Origin: Beijerinckiaceae bacterium
GTDB lineage: Bacteria > Pseudomonadota > Alphaproteobacteria > Rhizobiales > Beijerinckiaceae
Length of the DNA: 64,000 nt
Direction of reading: 5' to 3'
Assembly (NCBI GenBank): GCA_947474545.1
Contig: CANJJI010000002.1
Span: 3,623-67,622, forward strand
The translations under genes and the position numbers were made by a program. Of this stretch, positions 46,181 to 56,543 are shown in pieces (position 1 is the stretch's first letter; each line of letters begins with the position of its first letter). The notes under the pieces were generated by a model. The model ran no database searches, was not told the DNA's origin, and saw only the letters and a program-made list of their open reading frames with translations.

Positions 46181-48520
46181 ATGAACGAAGTCGTAAACCC
46201 GCACAAGTCGCAGCAACATTCCCGCCCGTGGAATGGCCGATATGAAGACGCAGCGCTGGTCAGCGGCCTCGGGAAATTCACCGCCGATGTGCAAGATTCT
46301 GCGCTTTCGGCGTTTTTCGTGCGCTCCCCCCATGCCCGCGCCAAAATCAAAAGTATTGATGTGTCCGCAGCCAAGGCCGCTAGCGGCGTCGTCGCGGTGC
46401 TGACGGCCAAGGATATGGAAGCAGCAGGCCTCGGCTCGGTCTCCGGCTCTATCCCCTTCCCCGGCCGCGATGGCAAAATGCCCGTGAGCCCCTTCCGTCC
46501 GGCGCTGGCAGGCACGCTGGTGATGCATGTCGGCGAGGCCGTGGCGCTCGTCATTGCAAAGACCGCCCGCGCCGCCGAAGACGCCGGTGATCTCGTAAAT
46601 GTCGATTACGACGTGCTCGAACCCGTCATCGATCTGGACAAGGCCAAATCCGGCAACGTGCAATTGTGGCCTGACGCTCCCGGCAACCTGACACTCGATT
46701 GGACGTCGCCCACCGATCCTGATGGCGCGAAACGCAACGCAACGGATGCCGCCTTCAAGGCTGCAAAACATCATGTCGCCATCGACGTCATGAACCAGCG
46801 CATTTCCGCCGTTGCGATGGAGCCGCGCGCCGCGCTTGCAAGTTATGACAAGGACAGCGACAGCTACACTATCCACACCGGCACCCAGGGCACGATGGGC
46901 GTGAAAGCGCAAATCGCCATGGCCATGAAAGTGGACATGCCGAAAATCCGCGTGCTCTCGACAGATGTCGGTGGCGGCTTTGGCATGAAGGCTTCAATCT
47001 ATGCCGAATATCCGGCGTTGCTCGCTGCAGCCAAGATCACCGGCCAGAAGGTGCAATGGACCGCCACGCGCACGGAATCCTTCCTCACCGACAATCAGGC
47101 CCGCGATTCCCGCTGGCATGTCGAACTCGCGTTCGACGATGACGGCAAATTCCGCGCGTTGAAAATAGACGGCGACCAGAATGTCGGCGCCTACATGACC
47201 GGCGTGGCCGTGCTGATCCCCACCATTCACATCGCTGGCTGCATGCCGAGCGTCTATGACATCCCCAATGTTGTCGTGGATTCCCGCTGCTATTTCTCCA
47301 ACACTGTGCCCACCGGCCCCTATCGCGGCGCCGGCCGTCCAGAAGCGAACTTCCTGCTGGAACGCGTGATTGACGCTGCCGCGAAAAAGCTCGGCATGGA
47401 CCCGGCCGAAATTCGCATCCGCAATCTCATCCAGCCCTCGCAAATGCCCTATCCGACGACGCTCGGCCCTGCCTACGACAGCGGCGACTTCCCCATGATT
47501 TTTGAATCGGCAATGAAAGCTGCCGATTACAAGGGCTTTGCCGCCCGCAAGGAAGCCTCGAAAAAGAATGGCAAGTTGCGCGGCATCGGCGTCTGCGGCT
47601 TCCTGGAAATTTCGGGTGGCCATTATCATGAGCCCGCGCGCCTGCTCTTCAAGGGCGGCAAGATCGAAGTCGGCATCGGCCCCGTGCCACAGGGACAGGG
47701 CCATATCACCGTCTTCAAGCAGATGGTGTCCAAGCGCCTTGGTATTTCCGACGATCAGATCGAAGTCCAATTCGGCGACAGTGCGAAGGATGTTCCCGGC
47801 TTTGGCGCGGTGGCTTCCCGCACGGCGATGCTGACCGGCAGCGCCGTCGCTATCGGCGTCGATAAGATGCTCGAAAAAGCCTATGCGGTGGCGCAAACCC
47901 TGCTGCAGGCTGGTGAAGGCGAAGTCAGCTATCACGATGGCCTCTTCGAGCGCAAAGGCACGGGGCAGACGATTGGCTTGTTCGATGTCGCCGCCCGTGC
48001 GGAAGAAATGAAAAAACAGGGCGCAATAGCGGAAAGCCTCGACACCGAATCAAACGCCGATACGGGCCCCTCCTTCCCCAACGGCTGTCACATTGCCGAA
48101 GTGGAGATTGATCCCGGCACCGGTGAGACTGTCGTTGTCGCCTATACCGCCGTTGGCGATACCGGCATTGTTCTCAACGAGCGTATCGTCGAAGGACAGG
48201 TGCAGGGTGGCGTCGTGCAGGGCATTGGTCAGGCGCTGGGCGAATACAGCCAGTACGACAACGACAGCGGCCAGTCTGTCGCAGCCAGTTTCATGGATTA
48301 CACCATGCCGCGCGCCCACAACGTGCCGATGCTGAACGTCATCCACCACCCCGTGCCCTGCAAGACAAACTATGTCGGAGCCAAAGGCACTGGGGAAGCC
48401 GGCACAACCGCCGCGCCGCCGGTCATTGTCAGCGCAGTAGAAAACGCGATTTCAGACAAATTCCTGAACCTGCAGATGCCCGTGACGCCGCAGAAAGTGT
48501 GGAAAGCGTTGCAGGGCTGA
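46181..48520 (+). CDS. Xanthine dehydrogenase/CoxL-family molybdopterin large subunit (form II-like)
   Basis: VRSPHARA, DVGGGFGMK, PYRGAGRPEA, GQGH, FPNGCH.AEVEID, KGTGEAG. Confidence 0.9.
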   Translation: MNEVVNPHKSQQHSRPWNGRYEDAALVSGLGKFTADVQDSALSAFFVRSPHARAKIKSIDVSAAKAASGVVAVLTAKDMEAAGLGSVSGSIPFPGRDGKMPVSPFRPALAGTLVMHVGEAVALVIAKTARAAEDAGDLVNVDYDVLEPVIDLDKAKSGNVQLWPDAPGNLTLDWTSPTDPDGAKRNATDAAFKAAKHHVAIDVMNQRISAVAMEPRAALASYDKDSDSYTIHTGTQGTMGVKAQIAMAMKVDMPKIRVLSTDVGGGFGMKASIYAEYPALLAAAKITGQKVQWTATRTESFLTDNQARDSRWHVELAFDDDGKFRALKIDGDQNVGAYMTGVAVLIPTIHIAGCMPSVYDIPNVVVDSRCYFSNTVPTGPYRGAGRPEANFLLERVIDAAAKKLGMDPAEIRIRNLIQPSQMPYPTTLGPAYDSGDFPMIFESAMKAADYKGFAARKEASKKNGKLRGIGVCGFLEISGGHYHEPARLLFKGGKIEVGIGPVPQGQGHITVFKQMVSKRLGISDDQIEVQFGDSAKDVPGFGAVASRTAMLTGSAVAIGVDKMLEKAYAVAQTLLQAGEGEVSYHDGLFERKGTGQTIGLFDVAARAEEMKKQGAIAESLDTESNADTGPSFPNGCHIAEVEIDPGTGETVVVAYTAVGDTGIVLNERIVEGQVQGGVVQGIGQALGEYSQYDNDSGQSVAASFMDYTMPRAHNVPMLNVIHHPVPCKTNYVGAKGTGEAGTTAAPPVIVSAVENAISDKFLNLQMPVTPQKVWKALQG

Positions 48521-48528
48521 GAAGGCTG

Positions 48529-48631
48529 GTCATCCCGGAAAATCGCGCAGCGATTTATCCGGGACCTTTTTGTTATCGCAAGATGCGGCAGACGGTCCCG
48601 GATAAAATGCTTCGCATTTTTCCGGGATGAC
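48529..48631. repeat. REP-doublet element
   Basis: gtcatcccggaaaatcgcgcagcgatttatccgggac...gtcccggataaaatgc...ttttccgggatgac; between convergent genes. Confidence 0.85.
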
Positions 48632-48637
48632 GGCCCG

Positions 48638-50245
48638 CTACTTCCGCATCAGGTGATAACTCAAATCTCCCGGATTGGTCAGGTCAGGCACCGTCCAGCC
48701 GTTGAGATCATATTCGCTCATGCATTGCTCGGCGAAACCCTTGAAGCGATCAGCATCGCCCGACGCCATCGCCCCGAACAGACAATAGCGGCGAATTTCT
48801 TCGGTTGAGCCCCCGTAGTTGATTTCATAAAGCTCATGCCGCCCGCCAAATTCCGTACCGAGCGTATCCCACAACAGCTTCATCAACTTCACGCGTTCTT
48901 CAGCCTTGTAGCCATTGGAGCCGCGCAGATATTTGTCGAGATAGGGTCTGATTTCTTCATTCTGGAAATCGCGCGCATGAGAATTAAGATAAATCAGGCC
49001 CGAAGCCACAGTCTGCTCGATGATATATTTCACCTTGGTGTAGGCCATGGTGGCGATGATGTGATAGGCGCTGCCCGGATTCATATTCGGCAGAACAAAA
49101 TCTTTGATCCACGGTTTGGGATCCCTGACCATCGCATCGCTCAACGCCCAGAACAGATTGCGCCAGGCGATGACCTCTCCAACATTCGCCTGCACCCCGC
49201 GAAAATCCTTCGTGCCTGAGGCTTCCACCGCCTTGAGCAACAACCCGGCAATAAAGTCGAGTTTGACAGCCAGACGTGTGCACCCATGCACGACAAAGCG
49301 TGGCAGAAAACCCGTGCGCGGGAAGAAATTATTCGCCTTCTCCACATCGCCATAAACAAACACGTTCTCCCAGGGGATGAGCACCTTGTCCATGATGAAA
49401 ACCGCGTCATTTTCATCGACGCGGCTCGACAGCGGATAATCGAAAGGCGAGCCCATTGCAGTAGATGTCATCTCATAGGATGTGCGGCAGATGAATTTTA
49501 CGCCAGGCGCATTGGTCGGCACCATGAACACGGTGGCGAATTTCTTGTCCTGCACAGGCAGCAGGCCGTGATGCGCAACAAAGGTGTAATTGGTCAGCAC
49601 AGAACCCGTCGCGACCACCTTTGCGCCAGATACAATGAGGCCAGCATCGGTCTCGCGTTCCACATGGCAACAGACATCCGACACTTCATTCGGCGGCTTA
49701 TCGCGATCAACCGGTGGATGAATGATCGCGTGATTCACGAAAGGAACGCGCTCCTGGCTATATTTATACCAGCGCTTCGCATTGGCTTCATAAGGTGCAT
49801 AGAATTCGGAATTCGCGCCAAGCGTCGCCAGAAACGCGGCCTTGTAATCGGGCGCGCGGCCCATCCAGCCATAGGAAATCTTCGCCCATTCGGCGATCGC
49901 GTTACGGCTGGCGAGCAAATCCTCCATCGACTTGGGCGCCTTGAAAAAGGCATGGGTCATGCCGCCCGAGCCGGTGTCCGTCGGCACCATGATCCCCTTG
50001 GATTTCTCCGGATCATGCATCGCGTCGTAAAGACGCGCGACCATGCGGGCCGTGTTGCGGAAGGCCGGATGAACAGTGACATCGGCGACCTTCTCGCCAT
50101 AGATATAAACACAGCGTCCATCGCGCAGCGAAGCCAGATATTCATCGCCGGTTTGTGGCTTTGTGTGGGAGCCTTGTCCGGTGCTTGCCGGCAACGTGTT
50201 GAAAGCTGCACGGGCGGCGAGATCGGCGTCTGAAAGTTCTGTCAT
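48638..50245 (-). CDS. hpaB: HpaB/PheA1-type two-component flavin monooxygenase, oxygenase component
   Basis: [62 protein letters not shown]. Confidence 0.88.
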   Translation of the reverse strand: MTELSDADLAARAAFNTLPASTGQGSHTKPQTGDEYLASLRDGRCVYIYGEKVADVTVHPAFRNTARMVARLYDAMHDPEKSKGIMVPTDTGSGGMTHAFFKAPKSMEDLLASRNAIAEWAKISYGWMGRAPDYKAAFLATLGANSEFYAPYEANAKRWYKYSQERVPFVNHAIIHPPVDRDKPPNEVSDVCCHVERETDAGLIVSGAKVVATGSVLTNYTFVAHHGLLPVQDKKFATVFMVPTNAPGVKFICRTSYEMTSTAMGSPFDYPLSSRVDENDAVFIMDKVLIPWENVFVYGDVEKANNFFPRTGFLPRFVVHGCTRLAVKLDFIAGLLLKAVEASGTKDFRGVQANVGEVIAWRNLFWALSDAMVRDPKPWIKDFVLPNMNPGSAYHIIATMAYTKVKYIIEQTVASGLIYLNSHARDFQNEEIRPYLDKYLRGSNGYKAEERVKLMKLLWDTLGTEFGGRHELYEINYGGSTEEIRRYCLFGAMASGDADRFKGFAEQCMSEYDLNGWTVPDLTNPGDLSYHLMRK

Positions 50246-50392
50246 AGATTTCTCCCCTTATTCCAAAAAACCAACTTCATTCTGCGGAGCGCCTGCAAGG
50301 TCCGTCTCGAAAGATGGGCAACACGTACCAACCCCGCCTTCACTATTGTCGCGCGCCGTTTCCGCACTACCCGAATTCGAGCATGATGCCCA

Positions 50393-51907
50393 CTATTGCG
50401 CCACGTGAACAATCCTGAGCTGCGGCAGGCCCCAACAGGAAACGCCCATGTCACGGGCCATCGCAGCCAGTCCCTCGGTTTCTATATATCCCTTGTAGCT
50501 GTAGCAGGGAAAATTGAGCCCGTCCCGATGGAGGTTCGCCCGCACCAGCAAGGCCGTCCCGCCTACAGAATCGACCTGTGTCAGCGGCTGCGCCTCAAAA
50601 CTGTCGAGATAACGCCGTCCCGCGCCTTCCGGTGGCTGATGCAGGCCATCCAGCATGTAACGGGGGTTTAAAGTGTCGCTTTCGCGCCGCTCAAAACAGA
50701 AAGTGTTCAAGTCAAATGTCGCCCCGTTTGGAAGCACGCAGTGCGGCACAACGATATCCTTGCCTGTCTCCAGCAAGGCCTTCAGTAGATTCCCCGGATA
50801 TGTCTCCAGATCCCCGTCGAGCCAGAGCACCCATTCCTCTTCACGCAGCGCGTTCATCAGCAATCTGTTGCGCGCCCGTGCGATTGCGGCGCGCCTGACC
50901 AATTGAATTTCAGGCTTCCATCGGGGTTCCGGGAGAATGATCCCCTGATTCCATTGGGTCAAAACAATGCGATGAAATCGCGAATCATGAAGTTGAGCGA
51001 TGGACTGGAGCGCGTCGAATGTTCCGTCTGTGCTATCCCCTTCAAGAATGCCAAGGCTCAATTTCTCCGGCGGATAATCCAGCCGTTCAAGCAGATCAAA
51101 ATATCTGGTGAGATGCTGCTTGCAATTCTTCATGGGGGTAAGAACAAGCACCTCAGGCAAAGCATCATTCTGCGGGGCGAGTGTTATGGCCGAAGTTTTC
51201 GCCCCCAGCGCCAGGTCTCCGGACGCCTCGGCCCGGAACCAGTTTCCTTCCCAATAATGGCACCCGAAAGCCTGCCTTGTCTTTGAAGTAAAAAAATCAA
51301 CATCCAGATGTCTGCCTTCCCAGCATTCATCCTTGTCGAGAGGATAAAGCACGTCCTGCGCCAATATGCTGATGTCCCTGGACGGGAAACTGTCAAGCGC
51401 CCGGGTAAAAGCGAACGGCCCGGTTCTATCCAGCACGTCCGTCGATTGGCGGCTCTTCCTTAATTGGCTGAACAAATGCGTCCAGAACGGATGCAGTTTC
51501 TCAGAGGCTATGAAGGCATTGCATACTATCCGGGAGAGGCCGGACTGCGTGAATGCAATCACTTTTGCAGAATGCGATTCTGGTTCAAGGCCTGCCACGA
51601 ATCGCTTTCCCTCGAGCAATTCATCGACAGGCCTCAGGCATTCATAGTCGAGGTCCGCGTAGATACCGCCAAACCTGTACAAGATCAGATATCGCGCCAG
51701 ATCGACACGGCAGATTGAATCTGCATACCCATGGTAGATGGTGGACCATTCCGGAAACGACGAAGCAAGCAGACCTTCTATGAGTTCGTCGGTCCACAAC
51801 CTGTATTCGTAACCCCGATTATGGCGGCGCCAGCTATCGCGCACGTCCTGCTGCCTTGGCTTCAGCTGCTCATTTTTCCAGATCTGATGAATTATTTTCG
51901 GTATCAT
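50393..51907 (-). CDS. Two-domain glycosyltransferase: GT32 (OCH1-like) fused to Anp1/Mnn9 (GT62)-like domain
   Basis: N-terminal IPKIIHQIWK, RVDLARYLILYRFGGIYADLD, TGPFAFT; C-terminal VLVLTPMKN, LDYP, RR..IARARN.LL, WVLWLDGD, DIVVPHC, FDLN, DSVGGTALLV, IETEGLA.MA. Confidence 0.75.
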   Translation of the reverse strand: MIPKIIHQIWKNEQLKPRQQDVRDSWRRHNRGYEYRLWTDELIEGLLASSFPEWSTIYHGYADSICRVDLARYLILYRFGGIYADLDYECLRPVDELLEGKRFVAGLEPESHSAKVIAFTQSGLSRIVCNAFIASEKLHPFWTHLFSQLRKSRQSTDVLDRTGPFAFTRALDSFPSRDISILAQDVLYPLDKDECWEGRHLDVDFFTSKTRQAFGCHYWEGNWFRAEASGDLALGAKTSAITLAPQNDALPEVLVLTPMKNCKQHLTRYFDLLERLDYPPEKLSLGILEGDSTDGTFDALQSIAQLHDSRFHRIVLTQWNQGIILPEPRWKPEIQLVRRAAIARARNRLLMNALREEEWVLWLDGDLETYPGNLLKALLETGKDIVVPHCVLPNGATFDLNTFCFERRESDTLNPRYMLDGLHQPPEGAGRRYLDSFEAQPLTQVDSVGGTALLVRANLHRDGLNFPCYSYKGYIETEGLAAMARDMGVSCWGLPQLRIVHVAQ

Positions 51908-51996
51908 TCAGACGGCCCGGAATTGAAGCATTGGCTTGGGCTTCACCCCGTGGATCAACCAGAAGGCAGCGATCCCCCGGGATGAGAAAACCGCCC

Positions 51997-52770
51997 CTAA
52001 CGCATCACACTTCCGCCATCGCACACCAGCGTCTGCCCGGTCATGAAATCGCTGTCGGGCGAGCAGAGGAAGGCCATGGTGCCGACCAGGTCGGACGGAA
52101 CCTGTTCGCGCTTGAAAGCGCGTGTGTTCATGGTCGCTTCTGCGCCACGCCCGGTAAGGAAGCCAGCGGCGACGACGCCTTCGCTCATGGTCAGGCCCGG
52201 CGCGATGGCGTTCACGTTGATCCCGAACTCGCCAAGCTCGCGGGCAAGGCAGCGCGTGAAAGCGACAATCGCACCCTTCGAAGAAACATAGTGGGTGATG
52301 CCCACCTGTCCCTTGAACACCGTGCCGGAAGCAATATTGACGATCTTGCCGCTCTTTTGCTTGATCATATGTGGCGCGATGGCTTTGGAAATCAGGAAGG
52401 GGCCGCGCACATTCACAGCCATCACCTTGTCCCATTCGTCTTCCTCGATTTCCCAGAATGGGCGAGTCTTCAAATTGGCAAACAAGGCCGCGTTATTGAC
52501 CAGGCCATCGATCTTGCCGTGACGGTTCAAGGTGTCGTCGACCAGATCCTGCACCGATTGCGCATCGGTGACGTCCGCCTTCATGAAATTCGCCTTGCCG
52601 GAATTGGAAATACGGTGGGCTGTGCCAGTTCCGTCCAGCACGTCGGCGATGACGACTTTCGCCCCCTCCGAGCAAAGCCGTTCGGAAAAGGCCGCGCCGA
52701 TGCCGCGCGCGCCGCCTGTCACGATGATGACCTTGTCTTCGAGCCTCCCGCTACGTTCCGGTCCTGCCAT
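51997..52770 (-). CDS. SDR family oxidoreductase
   Basis: TGGARGIG, NNAA, YVSSKG; start moved to MAGPE. Confidence 0.9.
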   Translation of the reverse strand: MAGPERSGRLEDKVIIVTGGARGIGAAFSERLCSEGAKVVIADVLDGTGTAHRISNSGKANFMKADVTDAQSVQDLVDDTLNRHGKIDGLVNNAALFANLKTRPFWEIEEDEWDKVMAVNVRGPFLISKAIAPHMIKQKSGKIVNIASGTVFKGQVGITHYVSSKGAIVAFTRCLARELGEFGINVNAIAPGLTMSEGVVAAGFLTGRGAEATMNTRAFKREQVPSDLVGTMAFLCSPDSDFMTGQTLVCDGGSVMR

Positions 52771-52889
52771 GCTTTCCTCCCCTGATTTTGATTGGCCGCT
52801 GTAATGTGCAGTCTGTCGTCTGGAATAATGGCATAACCCGGCCAATTGCCGGGCGTCTATAGCACAGAGCGTGCCTCAAGCTGAAAGGT

Positions 52890-52978
52890 GTCGTCCCGGA
52901 CGCCAAAGGCGATCCGGGATCGTAATGTTATTGGCCACTCCCGATACCGGATAATCCCTGCGCGATTTCCAGGATGAC
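52890..52978. repeat. REP-doublet element (reverse orientation)
   Basis: 3' end ccggataatccctgcgcgatttccaggatgac is the reverse complement of the REP core; 5' end gtcgtcccgg. Confidence 0.7.
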
Positions 52979-53113
52979 AAACCCCGCCAAAATCCGCGGC
53001 CCACAGCTTGCGCACAATGCCCCAGCCCGGCTAAAGAGATGCCGGGCGGGCGGCATGATGCCCGATTGAACCGGCACTCCGCCTCGCAAACCATTTCGGG
53101 AGAGAAGCAGCCC

Positions 53114-53599
53114 ATGGAAGTCAAACTTACAGTGAACGGCAAGCCGGTCACGGCAACAGTCGAACCCCGCACACTCCTTGTGGAGCTGATCCGCGAACAG
53201 CTGCGCCTTACCGGCACGCACGTTGGCTGCGACACAACCCAGTGCGGCTGCTGCGTCATCCATTTAAATGGCGAAGCCGTGAAGTCCTGCACCATCCTGG
53301 CCGCCCAATGCAACGGCAAGGACGTCTTGACCATCGAGGGCCTTGCCAAGCCGGACGGCACGCTGCACCCCATGCAGGCAGCATTCCGTGAGCATCACGG
53401 GTTGCAATGCGGGTTCTGCACACCGGGCATGGTGATGATGGGCGTCGATATCGCCCGCCGCTTGCCGGGAGCTGATGAAAAGACTGTCCGTCAGGAGCTG
53501 GAAGGCAATATCTGCCGCTGCACCGGCTATCAGGGCATCGTTCAGGCCATTCTCTCCGTGGTGAACCCCGCAGCTGTGAAGGATCATCATCATGCGTAA
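53114..53599 (+). CDS. CoxS/CutS-like 2x[2Fe-2S] small subunit
   Basis: GCDTTQCGCC, QCGFCTPG, GNICRCTGY; start moved to MEVKL. Confidence 0.92.
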   Translation: MEVKLTVNGKPVTATVEPRTLLVELIREQLRLTGTHVGCDTTQCGCCVIHLNGEAVKSCTILAAQCNGKDVLTIEGLAKPDGTLHPMQAAFREHHGLQCGFCTPGMVMMGVDIARRLPGADEKTVRQELEGNICRCTGYQGIVQAILSVVNPAAVKDHHHA

Positions 53600-54383
53600 T
53601 TTCGAATATCACATTGCCACTGATGTGAACGCGGCTGCAGCCTTGCTGAAAGCCAAGGAAGACGGCAAGCTGATGGCGGGCGGCATGACCTTGCTGCCGA
53701 CCCTGAAACAGCGCCTCGCCGCCCCGTCCGATGTCATCGACATCGGCTCGATCAGCGCACTCAAGGGCATCAGGAAAGATGGCGACAGCATCGTCATAGG
53801 CGCGATGACCCGGCATTTCGACGTCGCCCATTCCGATGTGGTGAAATCCGCTATTCCGGCGCTGGCCTCGCTGGCAGGCCAGATCGGCGATCCCGCTGTG
53901 CGCCACCGCGGCACCATCGGCGGCTCCATCGCCAACGCAGATCCCGCCGCTGATTATCCCGGCGGCTGCATGGGCCTCGGCGCAACCATCGTCACCAACA
54001 AGCGCCAGATCAAGGCCGATGATTTCTTCACCGGCCTGTTCGAAACCGCGCTTGAGAGCGACGAGATCGTCACCGAAGTGCGCTTCCCCATTCCCCAGAA
54101 AGCCGCCTATCAGAAGTTCCGCCATCCCGCGTCCGGCTATGCCGTTGTTGGTGTAATGGTCGCGAAATTCGCTGATGGCGTGCGCGTAGGCGTGACCGGT
54201 TCTGGCCCGAATGCCTTCCGCGCCAAGGATTTTGAAGCCGCGCTATCAAAAGATTTTTCCGCCAAGGCGATTGAGAACGTGAACCTCAAGGCCGATGGTC
54301 TGCTGAGCGACATTCACTTCAGCGCCGAATATCGCGCCCATGTGACAGGTGTGCTGGCGCGCCGGGCTGTTGCTGCGGCCTGA
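53592..54383 (+). CDS. CoxM/CutM-like FAD-binding medium subunit
   Basis: AGGMTLLP.LKQRLA, VRHRGTIGGS, SDIHFSAEYR. Confidence 0.92.
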   Translation: MRNFEYHIATDVNAAAALLKAKEDGKLMAGGMTLLPTLKQRLAAPSDVIDIGSISALKGIRKDGDSIVIGAMTRHFDVAHSDVVKSAIPALASLAGQIGDPAVRHRGTIGGSIANADPAADYPGGCMGLGATIVTNKRQIKADDFFTGLFETALESDEIVTEVRFPIPQKAAYQKFRHPASGYAVVGVMVAKFADGVRVGVTGSGPNAFRAKDFEAALSKDFSAKAIENVNLKADGLLSDIHFSAEYRAHVTGVLARRAVAAA

Positions 54384-54489
54384 GGGTGGGGAAACCCGGC
54401 TCTATCGACTCCTCGCATCGCAAATCCTATCATCCTCCCCAAGCGGGAGGATGTTTGCTTTTTGGCCCCTCCGCATGAGGGAGGTGAAC

Positions 54490-55521
54490 ATGGCGCATAC
54501 AATGCGACGATCCGCACTGGCTATCGCTTTCGGGCTCGCGGTTTCCCCGGCCCTCGCCCAGGACATCGACCCCGGCCTGATCGAGCGCGCGAAAAAAGAG
54601 GGACAGCTCGTCTACTACACCGATCTCATCATCAACCAGATCGTCATCCCGCTCGAAAATGCCTTTGAGAAGAAATACGGCATCAAGGTTCGCTACACCC
54701 GCGCTGACAGCGATGGCAATGCATTGAAGCTGATTACCGAACACAAGGCCGGGAAGATACAGGGCGACGTTTTCTCCATGGCGACCGGCTTCCAGTCCAT
54801 GGTCAGGGCTGGTATCGTGCGGAAAGTGGACTTGAAGAATGCGCCTGCGCTGCAGCCACAATTTCGCGATCCAGATGGTTTTTGGGTCTCCTCGAATTAT
54901 TACGTGATGACCCCTGCGGTGAACAGCGATCTGGTGCCCGAAGCTGATCGCCCCCGGACATTCGACGACCTGCTCCACCCCCGCTGGCGCGGCAAGATCG
55001 CGTGGAAGCCGAACGATATGTCGGGCGCGCCGGGCTTCATCGGCAATGTCCTCGTCACCATGGGGGAAGAGCGAGGTCTCGCCTATCTCGAAAAGCTGCG
55101 CGCACAGCAGATCGTCAGCCTGCCCGGCAGCGCCCGCGCAGTGCTCGACCGGTCCATTGCTGGCGAATATCCGCTGGTCCTGCAAATCTTCAATCACCAT
55201 GCGGCCATCAGCGCCAAGAAAGGCGCGCCCGCGCAATGGATCAAGATGGAGCCAGCGACCGTGGTCACCGAATTGCTCGGCCTCACCAATAATTCGCCAA
55301 ACCCCAACGCAGCGCAACTCTTTGTCGAGTTTATGATTTCGCGTGAAGGCCAGGACCTGTTCCAGAAGGCCGGTTATTTCCCTACCCGCATGGACCTTCA
55401 CTCGGAATTCCCCGAGCTTGAGCCCAGCACCGGCAAGTTCAAGGCCAATGTGATCGGCCCGAAGGATGTCGACGAGAGCTACCCGAAATGGGCCGACCTC
55501 TATGCTAAGATGTTCCGCTGA
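54490..55521 (+). CDS. Orphan ABC substrate-binding protein (same broad family as 43898)
   Basis: AKKEGQLVYY, FEKKYGI, DLLHPRWRGKI, AGEY; start moved to MAHTM (GGAGG RBS). Confidence 0.85.
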   Translation: MAHTMRRSALAIAFGLAVSPALAQDIDPGLIERAKKEGQLVYYTDLIINQIVIPLENAFEKKYGIKVRYTRADSDGNALKLITEHKAGKIQGDVFSMATGFQSMVRAGIVRKVDLKNAPALQPQFRDPDGFWVSSNYYVMTPAVNSDLVPEADRPRTFDDLLHPRWRGKIAWKPNDMSGAPGFIGNVLVTMGEERGLAYLEKLRAQQIVSLPGSARAVLDRSIAGEYPLVLQIFNHHAAISAKKGAPAQWIKMEPATVVTELLGLTNNSPNPNAAQLFVEFMISREGQDLFQKAGYFPTRMDLHSEFPELEPSTGKFKANVIGPKDVDESYPKWADLYAKMFR

Positions 55522-55576
55522 ATGATACAGCATAAAGTCGCTTGCCATCCCGTGCGCGCCCCGCAATAGAGACGCC

Positions 55577-56539
55577 ATGACAAACATTCTCGTGGTCCTC
55601 GCTCTGCCCGAACCTGTCCGCAACGTCTACGCAACGCGGTTGCGCGAGACTTTTCCGGACGTGCATTTTGATGTTGTGGAACACAACACAAAGGCCGGGC
55701 CTTTTCTCGGCAAGGCCGAAGCCGTCATCGCGTTCGGCGTGATGCTGTCGAACGAAATCTTCGCCAAAGGCAAGAATATCCGCTGGGTGCAGGCGATGGG
55801 CTCGGGGGTCGATGGCATCGTCGATCAGCCCGCGTATACGGACGCTATCGCAGTCTGCAACATGCAGGGTCTGCACGGCGCGCCCTGCGCGGAAGCCGCG
55901 CTCGCCTCCATGCTGGGCCTTGCGCGTTATATGCCGCGTGTCATCGGCAATCAGCACAAGTCCCATTGGGAGCGCTTTCCCGTGCGTCTGCTTGATGGCA
56001 AGACCGCAGTGCTGATTGGCCTCGGTGTCATTGCTGAAGCGCTCGCGCCGCGCTGCAAGGCCATGGGCATGCGTGTGATCGGGGTCAGCGGTGCGCCGCG
56101 CACCCTCCCCGGCTTTGATGAAGTGCGGCCGCGCAGCCAGATGATGCAGAGCGTACGCGACGCCGACCACCTTATTTTGCTCGCGCCATCTACCAAAGAG
56201 AACCATCATCTCGTCAATGCAGAAATGCTGGCGGCCATGAAGCCCTCGGCTTTTCTCATCAACATTGCCCGTGGCGATGTCGTCGATGAAACCGCATTGA
56301 TCGAAACGCTCAAGGCGAAAAAGATCGCCGGAGCAGGCCTTGATGTTTTTGATCAGGAGCCGCTGCCGCCAGATCACGTGTTGTGGACACTGGACAATGT
56401 TCTGATCACGCCGCATCTGGCCGGCTTTCACGACGAATATCCTCAGCGAGCCATGCCGATTCTGCTGCACAATGTTCAGAAATTTCTCGACGGCGACTTC
56501 GCCGCAATGATCAACATCGTCAACCCCGGAAAGGTCTAG
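55577..56539 (+). CDS. D-2-hydroxyacid dehydrogenase-family protein
   Basis: GLGVIA, INIARGDVVDE, GLDVFDQEPLP, ITPHLAG. Confidence 0.9.
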   Translation: MTNILVVLALPEPVRNVYATRLRETFPDVHFDVVEHNTKAGPFLGKAEAVIAFGVMLSNEIFAKGKNIRWVQAMGSGVDGIVDQPAYTDAIAVCNMQGLHGAPCAEAALASMLGLARYMPRVIGNQHKSHWERFPVRLLDGKTAVLIGLGVIAEALAPRCKAMGMRVIGVSGAPRTLPGFDEVRPRSQMMQSVRDADHLILLAPSTKENHHLVNAEMLAAMKPSAFLINIARGDVVDETALIETLKAKKIAGAGLDVFDQEPLPPDHVLWTLDNVLITPHLAGFHDEYPQRAMPILLHNVQKFLDGDFAAMINIVNPGKV

Positions 56540-56543
56540 AACA

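Noticed and set aside
46181-48520. Form I aerobic CO dehydrogenase
   Set aside because: Active-site loop is PYRGAGR, not AYxCSFR
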